The notes under the pieces: generated by a model
Seen by the model: only the letters and a program-made list of their open reading frames with translations
Databases searched by the model: none
What the model was told of the DNA's origin: nothing
Program-made: the position numbers and the translations under genes
In this document: one piece after another, positions 48,474 to 60,800 of the stretch
Position numbering within the stretch: the stretch's first letter is position 1
Layout of the letters: every line of letters begins with the position of its first letter
NCBI GenBank assembly: GCA_002269645.1
Contig: NIVC01000064.1
Coordinates: forward strand, 310,001-374,000
Reading direction: 5' to 3'
Length of the DNA: 64,000 bases
Source of the DNA: Macrostomum lignano
Taxonomy: Eukaryota

Positions 48474-51400
48474 ATGCCAAAACGAAAACAACAACGCAAG
48501 CAGCCAGCGGCAGCATCGCAGGGTGCCAATAATCAAAGCGAAAACAGACAAACCAATCAACAGGAATCTGAACCTAACACTAGCATTGACCGTGATACCA
48601 GTTGCACGGGGTCAGCGGCCCCCGGTGATACCAGTTGCACTGCAGGCAACACCAGCTATACTACTAGTACATGTGATGACAATAGTAGAAGCAGGAGCGG
48701 CAGCAGTAGTACAGGTGGAAACACTGCCAGTTGTAGTAGCAGCGGAAGCAGTAGCAGCAGCAGCTGCAGTCAAGGAGACGACAATGATTCTAATTTGAAT
48801 AAAAGCGAAAGCGACCAAACACCGGGTATTAATGGCCGATGCGAAGAGCCTGTTGCTGCATCTGGTGTCTTCAGCTGCACTGAGATTGTAGTTACTGGTG
48901 AGTACATGTATTTCTGCGCCTGCATCATCTAATTATCCATAAGCTATAGTATAGGACCATCTTTTAACAAACTATCTTTTATATATAAACTTTACACTTT
49001 ACAGCTCGTATTACGTAGACTAGATTTTACCATAGACTCTTTTATACACGGTCTTTAATACGTAGGCCTTTTACCATAGACTGTCTTTTATCCATGGGCT
49101 TTAGTAGGGTTTTACCATAGACTTGTCTCTTATCCTCGGGCTTTAAAAAGTAGGGCTTTTACCATCAGTATAATCCATGGGCTTTAGTAGGGTTTTTACC
49201 ATAGACTGTCTTTTATCCACGGGCTTTAATACGTAGGACTTTAACCATAGACTGTCTTTTATCTATGGGCTTTAATACGTAGGTCTTTTACTATACTGTC
49301 TTTTATCCAAGGGCTTCACTATGTAGGGCTTTTACCATAGACTGTCTTTTATACACTTAAGCTTTAATACGTAGGGCTTTTACCATAGACTATCTTTTAT
49401 AAATGGGCTTTAATGCGTAGAGTTTTATCATACTATAATTTACAGAGGCTGCAACTGTCAAGCCTCTAAGACAATACGAGTATAGTGTTAAAATTCTAAG
49501 GGCAGTTACAAGCAGTCTACAAAATTATATGGAACACAACTTTGATGTTTTTGTAATTGACACAATCTACTTGAGCTCTTCTTGATGCACCGCCCTCCTC
49601 TAGAAGTTGCCGATCCTGGCATCGCCAGCAGCAGCCAGTCCGGCGCCTACGCCGCCGACATCGACACCATAGTCGACGCCACCACTTTCGAAGACGCCCA
49701 AGAGAGCAGCAACCGCTGGCCGAGCAGCAGTCGAGACGACACCAGCAGCGGTTGCACCTCCGGCCAGCAGGATCAGCTGCTGCCGGGCAGCGAAAGATTC
49801 GCCACCCCGACAGCCGGCTCCGCGGTAGTGTCCACCGCTGACGAAAACTCCGGATTGACAACCGAGCCAGATGACACGGCCGCTGCTACCGCCGGTGCCG
49901 CGGCAGGCGAGCATCCAGCTGCTAGAACTAGCAGCGACTGTCAAGACGATGATAATGATGACACACCGATGCCTCAGCTGGCATCCTCGGTGCAGTACCA
50001 GACGGTGCTGGAGGATGCACCTGATAGACCGTTGCCAGCAGCTGCTGCTGTCGAAAGGCAGCTACAGCAACTTCCAACAGCTGCTGTTAGGTGCGCGCGT
50101 CATAGAGACTTAATTAGTTGCTGGTTTCTGGGGCGTAGTTGCTGGTGCTGGCGCCTCTGGTGCTGGCGCCTCTGGTGCTGGCGCCTCTGGTGCTGGCGCC
50201 TCTGGTGCTGGCGCCTCTGGTGCTGGCGCCTCTGGTGCTGGCGCCTCTGGTGCTGGCGCCTCTGGTGCTGGCGCCTCTGGTGCTGGCGCCTCTGGTGCTG
50301 GCGCCTCTGGTGCTGGCGCCTCTGGTGCTGGCGCCTCTGGTGCTGGCGCCTCTGGTGCTGGCGCCTCTGGTGCTGGCGCCTCTGGTGCTGGCGCCTCTGG
50401 TGCTGGCGCCTCTGGTGCTGGCGCCTCTGGTGCTGGCGCCTCTGGTGCTGGCGCCTCTGGTGCTGGCGCCTCTGGTGCTGGCGCCTCTGGTGCTGGCGCC
50501 TCTGGTGCTGGCGCCTCTGGTGCTGGCGCCTCTGGTGCTGGCGCCTCTGGTGCTGGCGCCTCTGGTGCTGGCGCCTCTGGTGCTGGCGCCTCTGGTGCTG
50601 GCGCCTCTGGTGCTGGCGCCTCTGGTGCTGGCGCCTCTGGTGCTGGCGCCTCTGGTGCTGGCGCCTCTGGTGCTGGCGCCTCTGGTGCTGGCGCCTCTGG
50701 AAAGAAAGGAAAAAAGTCAAACTGCAATCCACTGATAATCCAAACTGGCCTCTTATCACATAATTCCTTCCATTTCAAAGTCAAGAAGAACCTGCCGAAG
50801 TAGAACAGCCCGCGACACGGCAGGACGGCATTCTGCAGCCGGCGCATACGCAGCAGCCGAGGCACCGCTCGTCGCCGCCTCGAGGCGTCTACGGCGGCCC
50901 CGGCACCGCCTTCCCCGCCACGCTGCTCCGTCGCCGTCTCGCCGCTTTCCCGGTCGTCCTACCAGACGACGGCGCCATTGATCCGGGCGACACCGAGACG
51001 GCAAACAAGCTGGCCGACCGCCTGGCCGTCTGGGAGTCCGCCGATGCCGATGGTCGATGCGGAGTCTGCCAGCGACCAGCCGACCGGTCTAATTCGGGCG
51101 GGTTTCTCGGCTATCCCGTGTGCGACTGCGCGCATCTGCACGCGCGCTGCGCCCTGGTCGGCGCCCTGCTGGAAGCGCCGGATCCACCGCGCTGCCTCGG
51201 CTGCGGCTGCCGTCAGCAGCTTCACCGAGTCGGCCGAGTCAAGCCGCTTCTCACCGCGGCCTGTCGTCGAAGCAACCGCAGCAACTGCGATCAGGGCGCG
51301 GCTGCTACCAGCGGGCCGCTTGGCGAAGCTTGGTTTGTCGTCTCCATGGCAACCGGACTGTCAACTTCGGCCGTGCTGTTAGCGGTGGCGGCGGCGCTTC

Positions 51401-52410
51401 TCCTGACGCTGGCGGAGCCCCTGACCCGGGGCCTCCTGGCTGGTGCCAGCCTGCCGCTGCTCGGCTGCCTGTTCGGCCTCCTGGCTGCCGCCATCCTGGC
51501 CTGCGTCCTGATTGGCTGGTTTCTCGACCGGCACACCGCTGCCGTGTGGGAGCAGGTGTACAGCAGCCGGCTGCAGGTGAGAGCGGTTAATTTTGAGGCT
51601 CTGGGCGCGTGTGGTTTAAAATACTTGCAAGTTGGCTGCCGTTTTATTTGCGATGCTGATACAGTGGAGTGAAGCTACGGTACTAACCGCAGCCAATTCT
51701 GCTTAACTTCCACCGAATGCATTAGCCCAGTTGTCCAGCAAATTTTTGTCGTGTTGGCCTTGGCCTTCAGCCTTTTTAGACTGAAATAATTAACGGCTGT
51801 GGACTTTTACGGATGTGAACTTTTACAGATTTGGACTTTTACAAATGTGAACTTTTACAGATATGGACTTTTATAGATGTGAACTTTTACAGATGTGGAC
51901 TTTTACGGCTGTGAACTTTTACTCATACGGATGTGAACTTTTACGGATTTGGAATTTTTCGCCCATGAACTTTTATTTCTAAGAACTTCTGCGGCTATGA
52001 AATTTTACGGCAGGGAATTTTTACGGCCTTTTACATGTACTTTTACATTGGGATTTAATTACATATCGACTTTTACTTTTAGATTTTGCAAGATATTTTC
52101 GTGCGTAATCATGCAATATATCGTACGGGTTTTCATTGCAAAATATGGTTCTGAGCTTCTGTCTATGGTCAAAACCGACGCTAACCTGATGAAAGGACAC
52201 TCACGGTACCCTGGCTCCGTCTCTCACATTTCTCAGATTGGCTACAAGGCCGATCGCCTCAACGATCCGGCCGACCGCGTCCTGGCGGCCTCGCTGATGG
52301 CGTGCACCTTCTTGGATTATCACACAGCCGGCTATCCGTTTCCTAAACGGGGCGGCGCTTACGTTAATTATTACTGCTTAAAGCAGCCCGCGACTGCCTG
52401 CGCCGTGTGA
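48474..52410 (+). CDS. MARCH-like (RING-variant + two TM helices) E3 ubiquitin ligase, 626 aa, join(48474..48897,49604..50090,50781..51576,52237..52410)
   Basis: Spliced frame gives CGVC...VCDCAHLHARC...RCLGC followed by two hydrophobic helices (AWFVVSMATGLSTSAVLLAVAAALLL; LPLLGCLFGLLAAAILACVLIGWF). Phases 1/2/0 are consistent; total 1881 nt. Confidence 0.7.
49020..49430. repeat. ~46-bp degenerate minisatellite TAGGGCTTTTACCATAGACTGTCTTTTATCCATGGGCTTTAATACG (MARCH-like intron 1)
   Basis: Direct reading. Confidence 0.8.
50146..50700. repeat. Perfect 15-bp repeat TGCTGGCGCCTCTGG x37 (MARCH-like intron 2)
   Basis: Direct reading; no variants. Confidence 0.97.
51795..51950. repeat. 19-bp repeat GATGTGAACTTTTACAG-type (MARCH-like intron 3)
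   Basis: Direct reading. Confidence 0.75.
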
Positions 52411-53166
52411 GCTTTAGCCAAAGCGCCCAGCAGCATAAACTGTGAACAGAATACTTTCTCTCAGAAAACTAACTGCAAACAACCGTTAATCATTCAGTAG
52501 TGATACACTAATGATTATCCTTTGATAATCTCCTCCCGATAGTCTCTAATCGACAATCCCTTAGTGATAATCCCTTACCGATATTACCTTACCGATACTA
52601 TCTTACCAATAATCCTTTATCGTTAATCTTTCTCCGTAAGTCCCTCGCTGATAATAGCATACCGATGATCACTCTCCGATAATCTCATATAAAGTTCGTC
52701 TTTGATAATTCCTTACCCATAAATACCTCGATCGTAGTCCCAACGATAATCACTCTCCAATAGATCATTTTCGACTATCGCTATGCTATAATATATCCGC
52801 AGTAAATTCTATGTATTTTAATCCTGGCTTCGAAGAAATATTTATTGAAATTTGAAAACATAAAACATATCAGCCTTGTCTAATTGTCTTTGTTTTCGAT
52901 ATTAATTTCAATCGTTATTCGTTAATAAAACTTCTTTTGTAAAAAAACTCATTTTTCGATCTATTCTTCGAGTCTCTTTGTTTAATTGAGTTCTTTAAAT
53001 CACTAAATAAGTCAAGCAAGACGGTCAGTTGCCGTTTGTAATTAGTTAATTATAAATTAATTATTAGGCTTACTTAATTACTTATTTTATTAACCCAGCT
53101 AGTCAAGTCTTTCCAAGCCAAAGGGAATTTAATTTGATAAAAGCGATGGAATATTTAACCAATCAA

Positions 53167-53718
53167 TCAACTTTCACACTCGATAACAAAGTCAAACTGA
53201 TCTCCCGAAGCATCTTCCGCTGAGCTGTCGAACAGGTGAACATCGTCAAGCACCTCGCGGATGACAACGCGCAGCAGGTGCTGCTCATCTTGATCCCGTT
53301 CGGACAGCTGCAGCTCCATCAGCTCCAGGTAGATTTCCTTCGAACGCTCCGTCTGAATGCTGAATCTCGCTGCCTCCCCGCTCGTATCGTTGGAGAGTTC
53401 AAAGAGCGCGGCAAAGATCAAAGAATCTCGACTATCGTTTGATGTTGCCGCCAGCCTCTTACGGGGAAGCCGAACTGCGAGGCGGTCGGCGGTTCGAATC
53501 ACGCTGGCCGCTTGCCAGATGTGCCAGACACTGACGCTGCCGCGACCAGGAAGTAAACCGAATTCGAACCAGGTCGCATTGTTACCATGGAAACAGCGGC
53601 GTTGGACTTCGGCAAGGCGGCCTCCGTGCTTGTCCATGAGGTTGGCTAGGAATTGAGCACAGTTTGAGAAGACAATGCAGGCGTATCGATTTCTACTGCA
53701 GCTGTTATTGGCTTGCAT
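53167..53718 (-). CDS. Hypothetical protein (183 aa ORF), no family recognised
   Basis: GC-rich open frame in AT-rich flanks with natural amino-acid composition; the 5' end is uncertain because a second overlapping frame (53646-53918) is also coding-like. Confidence 0.45.
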   Translation of the reverse strand: MQANNSCSRNRYACIVFSNCAQFLANLMDKHGGRLAEVQRRCFHGNNATWFEFGLLPGRGSVSVWHIWQAASVIRTADRLAVRLPRKRLAATSNDSRDSLIFAALFELSNDTSGEAARFSIQTERSKEIYLELMELQLSERDQDEQHLLRVVIREVLDDVHLFDSSAEDASGDQFDFVIECES

Positions 53719-54234
53719 TCAAATTTGCAGGAAGCTGAGATAATGTCGCTTTCGGAATCCCTGTCGGCTTCTCCCCATGATCCTCCGCTGGTGTCAGTAG
53801 CGGAGGCGAGTCCATGCGGTCGTTTGGTTTGCAGATTTGGTTGGCTTAGGTAACACCCGGGGACATGGGAGTGACAATTTTTGACAAACTTAGTTTCAAA
53901 GCTGAATAAAGCTATCACAACCCGATATTAGTGTCATAGAAATAGAAGTACAAGCTCATTATTTATTTTTCGGCTCCATTTTTGAGACAATTGTCCCTTC
54001 CGTGTGTCCGGTTGTTACCTGCAAGCGAGTAGGAAGTAACTGTAAGCGAGAAGTTTCGCCTAAAACCCTGTAACTTAACAGTTGTGTATAGTAGGACATA
54101 TGCAATCTTTCGCTCAGAAAATTTCGTTCAGAAAACTAACTAGGAATTAAGGGGATTTGTTGAGTTCAAAACTTGTCTATAGCCGGATATGCACAACGCG
54201 GCCAGGACAGGGGCAAGGGGGGACTGTATGTGCG

Positions 54235-54830
54235 GAGAGGCCGAGACGCAGAGAGGCCAGAGGCACGGAGAGGCCAGAGACGCGGTGAGGCCAGAGGCGC
54301 GGTGAGGCCGAGACGCAGAGAGGCCAGAGGCGCGGAGAGGCCAGAGGCGCGGTGAGGCCAGAGGCGCGGTGAGGCCAGAGGCGCGGTGAGGCCAGAGGCG
54401 TGAAGAGGCCAGAGGCGCGGTGAGGCCAGAGGCGCGGAGAGGCCAGAGGCGCGGAGAGGCCAGAGGCGCGGTGAGGCCAGAGGCGCGGAGAGGCCAGAGG
54501 CGCGGTGAGGCCAGAGGCGCGGAGAGGCCAGAGGCGCGGTGAGGCCAGAGGCGCGGTGAGGCCAGAGGCGCGGTGAGGCCAGAGGCGCGGAGAGGCCAGA
54601 GGCGCGGTGAGGCCAGAGGCGCGGAGAGGCCAGAGGCGCGGAGAGGCCAGAGGCGCGGTGAGGCCAGAGGCGCGGAGAGGCCAGAGGCGCGGTGAGGCCA
54701 GAGGCGCGGTGAGGCCAGAGGCGTGAGGCGTGAAGCGGCCAGAGGCGCGGAGAGGCCAGAGGCGTGAAGAGGCCAGAGATGCGGTGAGGCCAGAGGCGTG
54801 AAGAGGCTAGAGGCGCGGAGGGGCCTTGGA
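54235..54830. repeat. 17-bp GC-rich minisatellite GAGGCCAGAGGCGCGG(T/A)
   Basis: Direct reading. Confidence 0.93.
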
Positions 54831-55749
54831 CCAGAGGGCTGGGGGCTGCTGCAGGTAGCTAGCCTACTGTACATGTCTACTGTACATCTGTTAAGTTATA
54901 CAGGGCTACAAGCGAAACAATATACCCAGCTCTGCAGCATCTGGGAATTTCTCAACGCAACTCAGGACATCAAACACAGATTTGCATTGAAATTTCCTAG
55001 ATCATGCAGCGGCTGTAGTTTGTTTTCGCTACCGTTGCCACAGCAACCAAATCTGCAAAGATTAGCTACCAGTAGTAGTAGTTAACATTAGTCAGTAGGT
55101 AAGCACAACAATGCAGCCTATGTTAATGGTACCCCTACTACGGTAGTTGCAGCTAGAACGTCGTTTAGTATAGTTTCTCTTCTTCTCTTTGCAGATTAAC
55201 TTTGAAAAACTTGAGGAACAAATTAATTAATTCTTTTTTTTCGGTCGACGATGCGCAGGCACAAAGTTATGTACAGATTGGAGCAAAGCGTGTCGGTAGC
55301 TTCACTCCATGCCAAGGGAAGACTAGAACATCTTGTTGTGGTAGAGAACATCTCTTTTAGCGTAGTTGCAGATGTTGTAGTAGTCCCTTCTCACTGTAGG
55401 AGAGTCAAATTGTATCATGGTAGCGTGTAGTCAAAGGCACAGAAATGTCAGTTTCTGACAAATCTATTCGGCTGAACTGTCTGTTCTGTAGTCTCGTCGG
55501 CAGAAGAACATTGCCGGAATCTCAAAATTTTATTAGCTTCGGCATCGGCATCGCCGACCGCTGGGTCCTCGTAGAGCGAGGATCCACCTGGGACTCCAAA
55601 AAGGTGTTGTTTAGCCTGTTAAAAGAAATTTGTTGATTTGGATTGTGTTTTGGTAACAAATTTCAGCGATGGCTTACACAAACATACAGTCTTCTGCATG
55701 ACAGATTAACGTATCGCAGAATAAAGCGTTACAGTTAGATTACATGTAC

Positions 55750-56762
55750 ACATCACAGATTACAGCATCACAGACTACAGTATCACAGACTACAGCATCA
55801 CAGACTATAGCATCACAAATTACAGCATCACATATTACACCATCACAAATTACAGCATCACAGACCACACCATCACAGACTACACATCACAGACTGCAGC
55901 ATCACAAATTACAGCATCACAGATTACAGCATCACAGACTGCAGCATCACAGACTACACCATCACATATTACAGCATCACGGATTACAGCATCACAGACT
56001 ACACAATCACAGACTACACCATCACAGACTACATCATTACAGACTGCAGCATCACAGACTACAGCATCACAGACTTCACCATCGCATATTACAGCATCAC
56101 AAATTACAGCATCAAAAATTACAGCATCACAAACTACAGCATCACAGACTTCACCATCGCATATTACAGCATCACAAATTACAGCATCACAAATTACAGC
56201 ATCACAAAATACAGCATCACAGACTACAGCATCACAGACTTCACCATCGCATTTTTTCAGCATCACAAATTAAATCATCACAAATTACAGCATCAAAAAT
56301 TACAGCATCACATATTACAGCATCACAAATTAAAGCATCACAAATTAAAGCATCACAAATTACAGCATCACAAATTACAGCATAACAGACTACAACATCA
56401 CAGACTACAGCGTCACAGACTACAGCATCACAGACAACAGCATCACAGACTACACCATCACAGACTACAGCATCACAGACTACACCATCACAGACTACAG
56501 CATCACAGACTACAGCATCACAGACTACAGCATCACAGACTACACCATCACAGACTACAGCATCACAGACTGCAGCATCACAAATTACAGCATCACAGAT
56601 TACAGCATCACAAATTAAAGCATCACAAATTAAAGCATCACAAATTACAGCATCACAAATTACAGCATAACAGACTACAGCATCACAGACTACAGCATCA
56701 CAGACTACACCATCACAGACTACAGCATCACAGACTACAGCATCACCGGCTACAGAATCACA
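55750..56762. repeat. 15-bp minisatellite CAGCATCACAGACTA / CAGCATCACAAATTA
   Basis: Direct reading. Confidence 0.93.
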
Positions 56763-57409
56763 GGCATGTAGAATAAACAACAGAAAGCAGTTTAAAAAAG
56801 AATATACACTTACCCAGGAATTGCATCAAAGAAGGCTGCAATAAAAAAGATACTAGGTAGAATGTGACTCATTCTCTCGCCAAATTTTGATGTTTTTATA
56901 TTGTTTGCCAACCGCACTGACCCCATGTACAGCAACTATTGTCTTAGTTGGCAAGACAATAAATGAAAGCGTACAGAAATAGTGAGAGAGGAGAGAGAGA
57001 AAAGAGGGAGAGAGGGGTTTAATTGCATCTCGTGCAGTTGTCGGATTTTCCGAGTACAAATCGCAAGAATAAACAGAAAAAACAGGATTAAATTTAGCTT
57101 TCGACGAAAATAATATTGAATTTTAGGCCAAATCCAATCATTTTCTACTGTTAAATCAGAACAGAAATATTTCATTTTAGTATTAATCGTTGTCGTAATA
57201 CGGTAGCAGCAAATATAGTTATAAGCATAGCAACCGCGGATATAGTCTTGGATAAGTAAAATGTTGTAACTTATTATAGTAGCTTCGTGGAGATTTTCAT
57301 TTCATTTCAACGGTGCATACTTGCAGGTGCTAAACTGTTCCATTCAAATACTATAAATGTACTTTGCTAAACAGGAGTTCATCAACTGAATAGGGGACCT
57401 TTCTAGACT

Positions 57410-57720
57410 AAGGACTTCACGACCTGGAGGAGGACCCTATCTCAATGTCTACTCAAATAGAGGACCCTATCGACTTAACTAGAGCACCATCTCTACTCAA
57501 ATAGAAGCCCATGTCTACTCAAACCTACCGTGTCTACTCGAATAGAGGACTCTATCTACTCGAATAAAGAACCATGTCTACTCACAATTAAAAGACCCTA
57601 TCTACTCAAATAGAGGATCCTATCTACTCAAATGGAGGACCCTATCTACTCAAATGGAGGACCCTATCTACGCAATTAGATGACACTCTATGTACTCAAA
57701 TAGAGGACCTTGTCAAATAG
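57410..57720. repeat. ~22-bp degenerate repeat CTATCTACTCAAATAGAGGACC
   Basis: Direct reading. Confidence 0.75.
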
Positions 57721-57893
57721 AATACTTTATATACTCAAAGTAGATTCATAGGCTTCTTTTTAATCAGATCATTAATCAACAAAAGCAGTTATAAAATACA
57801 AAAAAGCTTTACGTTCTTGTCTCAAACAATCAAAGCTTGTGAGATAAACTGAAAATGTTTACAAGAAATACTTCAATTTAAAGCATTGGAACG

Positions 57894-60800
57894 TCACCCA
57901 TCGTTCACCGCAGCCTCAGCCACTCTGCCGCCATGCTCCTCGTAGTCGGCAAACAGGTGCCGCGTGTCCTCACTCGGGAACCCGAACCGGTCCCCGGGAA
58001 GGCCGAACAGCAGAACTGTGAAGCCAAGTTCGATCAGGCACCACCAGACTAGGAACAGAATGAACAGCAGGTACAGTATGATAGCCACTGACACGGGCAG
58101 GTAGATGTACCACAGCTTGGGCAGGGCTGACACGCTCAGCTGGACAAAGTACAGATTGATCCCTATGACAGCTACGGCCAGAGCGGCGGTTACTATGGAA
58201 TTAGCGGGCCCGTTCACGAATGACTTGCCCATGACTCGCTTAGAAGCGGTGAAGGTGAGCACTGGGATCAGTGCGAACGGTAGCTGCAGAGACATCAGCA
58301 CGTTGAGCAGGTCGTTCAAGCTGGTGAGCTGGTCGCGACCAGCGAAAACGGCGAGGAACACCGTGGGCAGAATGGCGATGGTGCGGGTCAGCAGGACTCG
58401 CTGGTACTTCTTCCACTTCAGATCCAAGAAGCCCTCCATCACGAACTGGCCGGCGTAGGTGCCTGGAGTTTCAGGGATTCCCAGGAGGGAATTATTTGGG
58501 AATTAACTTCGGGTTGGGATTCTCTGAGAATTCCATGGGGGGTTGGGATTCTGTGGGAATTCTATGGGGTTGGGATTCTTGGGAAATCCAATATGAATGG
58601 GATTTTCTGGGGAATCCTATGGGGTTGGGATTCTCTGGGGAATCCTATGGGGTTGGGATTCTCTGGGGAATCCTATGGGGTTGGGATTCTCTGGGGAATC
58701 CTACAGGGTTTTCTGGGGAATCCTATGGGGTTGGGATTCTCTGGGGAATCCTATGGGGTTGGGATTCTCTGGGGAATCCTATGGGGTTGGGATTCTCTGG
58801 GGAATCCTACAGGGTTTTCTGGGGAATCCTATAGGGTTGGGATTCTCTGGGGAATCCTATGGGGTTGGGATTCTCTGGGGAATCCTATGGGGTTGGGATT
58901 CTTTGGGGAATCCTATGGGGTATATAATATAAAGTTAGGGCCGCTGTACACTCCTGTGTGAGTGTGTGCCTGCGTACGTATCCGCGCGCTTGTATGCCTG
59001 CTCAGGGGAGTCGGCGGAATGGGCAGTAATGCCTCTCGCCGGTTATGTGCCTATGTCGCTTAAAGTGCGCCAGGGTGCACACAACCCCCCTGCCTCTAAT
59101 AAAAAATAATAAAATGGGGTTGGGATTCTCTGGGGAATCCTATCAGATTGGGATTCTCTGGGAATCCTTTTGGTTGGGATTCCCTGGGGAACCCTATGAA
59201 TTGGGGAATCCTATTGGGTTGGAATTCTCTGTGGGCTTCAGGTGCTGTTAGGCAAGCAAAGCCTTCAGGGACAAAGGGGAGAATCCAAGGAAATTCCAAG
59301 TGCTTCACTTGCCAGTCATAGTAGAAGACTGCCCGGCAGCCAGGATGCCCAGCGCCCAGATGTACATGCAGGCGATGCCGAACTCGCAGCCAAGAAAGAC
59401 GCCGCCGCGAAAAATGTCCATATCCGAGCTGCTGTTTTTGAACACGTCGGCGTGCGGGTTGCCAGCGGCAACGCATGCGTTGTAAACCGTTTGCGGGTCC
59501 TTGCCGAAGTAGCCTTCGGCGAACACGGACACTACAAACATGTTGATGAGGAAGGACACAAAAAGAGCGATTCCAGCCTCAAGGAAGAAGTAGAAATTTG
59601 CTTCTCGAACTGCTCGCTTTGAGCGACGGTTGACACTTCGTGAGCGAACCAAGGCCGAATGCAGGTAGATGTTGTGCGGCATAATCACGGCTCCAATGAT
59701 GCCCACCGCCTGCGGTTGATGAGTAGGGGTTAATTGGTGCAAATTAAGTAGTACAGGTTATCTTAGATAAGCTGCCACAACCCTAGATTCTTAGACAAGC
59801 TGCCACAACCCTAGATTCTTAGATAAGCTGCTGACACAACCCTAGATTCTTAGATAAGCTGCTGACACAACCCTAGATTCTTAGATAAGCTGACACAACC
59901 CTAGATTCTTAGATAAGCTGCTGACACAGCCCTAGATTCTTAGATAAGCTGCTGACACAACCCTAGATTCTTAGATAAGCTGCTGACACAGCCCTAGATT
60001 CTTAGATAAGCTGACACAACCCTAGATTCTTAGATAAGCTGCTGACACAACCCTAGATTCTTAGATAAGCTGCTGACACAACCCTAGATTCTTAGATAAG
60101 CTGACGCAACCCTAGATTCTTAGATAAGCTGCTGACACAACCCTAGATTCTTAGATAAGCTGCTGACACAGCCCTAGATTCTTAGATAAGCTGCTGACAC
60201 AGCCCTAGATTCTTAGATAAGCTCCTGACACAACCCTAGATTCTTAGATAAGCTGACACAGCCCTAGATTCTTAGATAAGCTGCTGACACAGCCCTAGAT
60301 TCTTAGATAAGCTGACACAACCCTAGATTCTTAGATAAGCTGCTGACACAGCCCTAGATTCTTAGATAAGCTGCTGACACAACCCTAGATTCTTAGATAA
60401 GCTGACACAACCCTAGATTCTTAGATAAGCTGCTGACACAACCCTAGATTCTTAGATAAGCTGCTGACAAAACCTTGATTCTTAGATAAGCTGCTGACAC
60501 AGCCCTAGATTCTTAGATAAGCTGACACAACCCTAGATTCTTAGATAAGCTGACACAACCCTAGATTCTTAGATAAGCTGCTGACACAACCCTAGATTCT
60601 TAGATAAGCTGCTGACACAACCCTAGATTCTTAGATAAGCTGCTGACACAACCCTAGATTCTTAGATATGCTGACACAACCCTAGATTCTTAGATAAGCT
60701 GCTACAACCCTAGATTCTTAGACAACCATAGATAATTGAATCATTTCCCTCACCTGCTCAAGCTGCTCACTGCCGCAGCCACTGCACCATGGCACAAACA

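Noticed and set aside
50139-50735. (AGASG)n silk/elastin-like plus-strand exon in the 15-bp array
   Set aside because: The flanking MARCH-like exons join in phase 2 without it, the only nearby acceptor gives the wrong phase, and no good donor follows.
53581-53594. Perfect-looking X-boxes GTTACCATGGAAAC (53581) and GTCTCCATGGCAAC (51340)
   Set aside because: Both lie within coding sequence, not promoters; single 14-mers with no further support.
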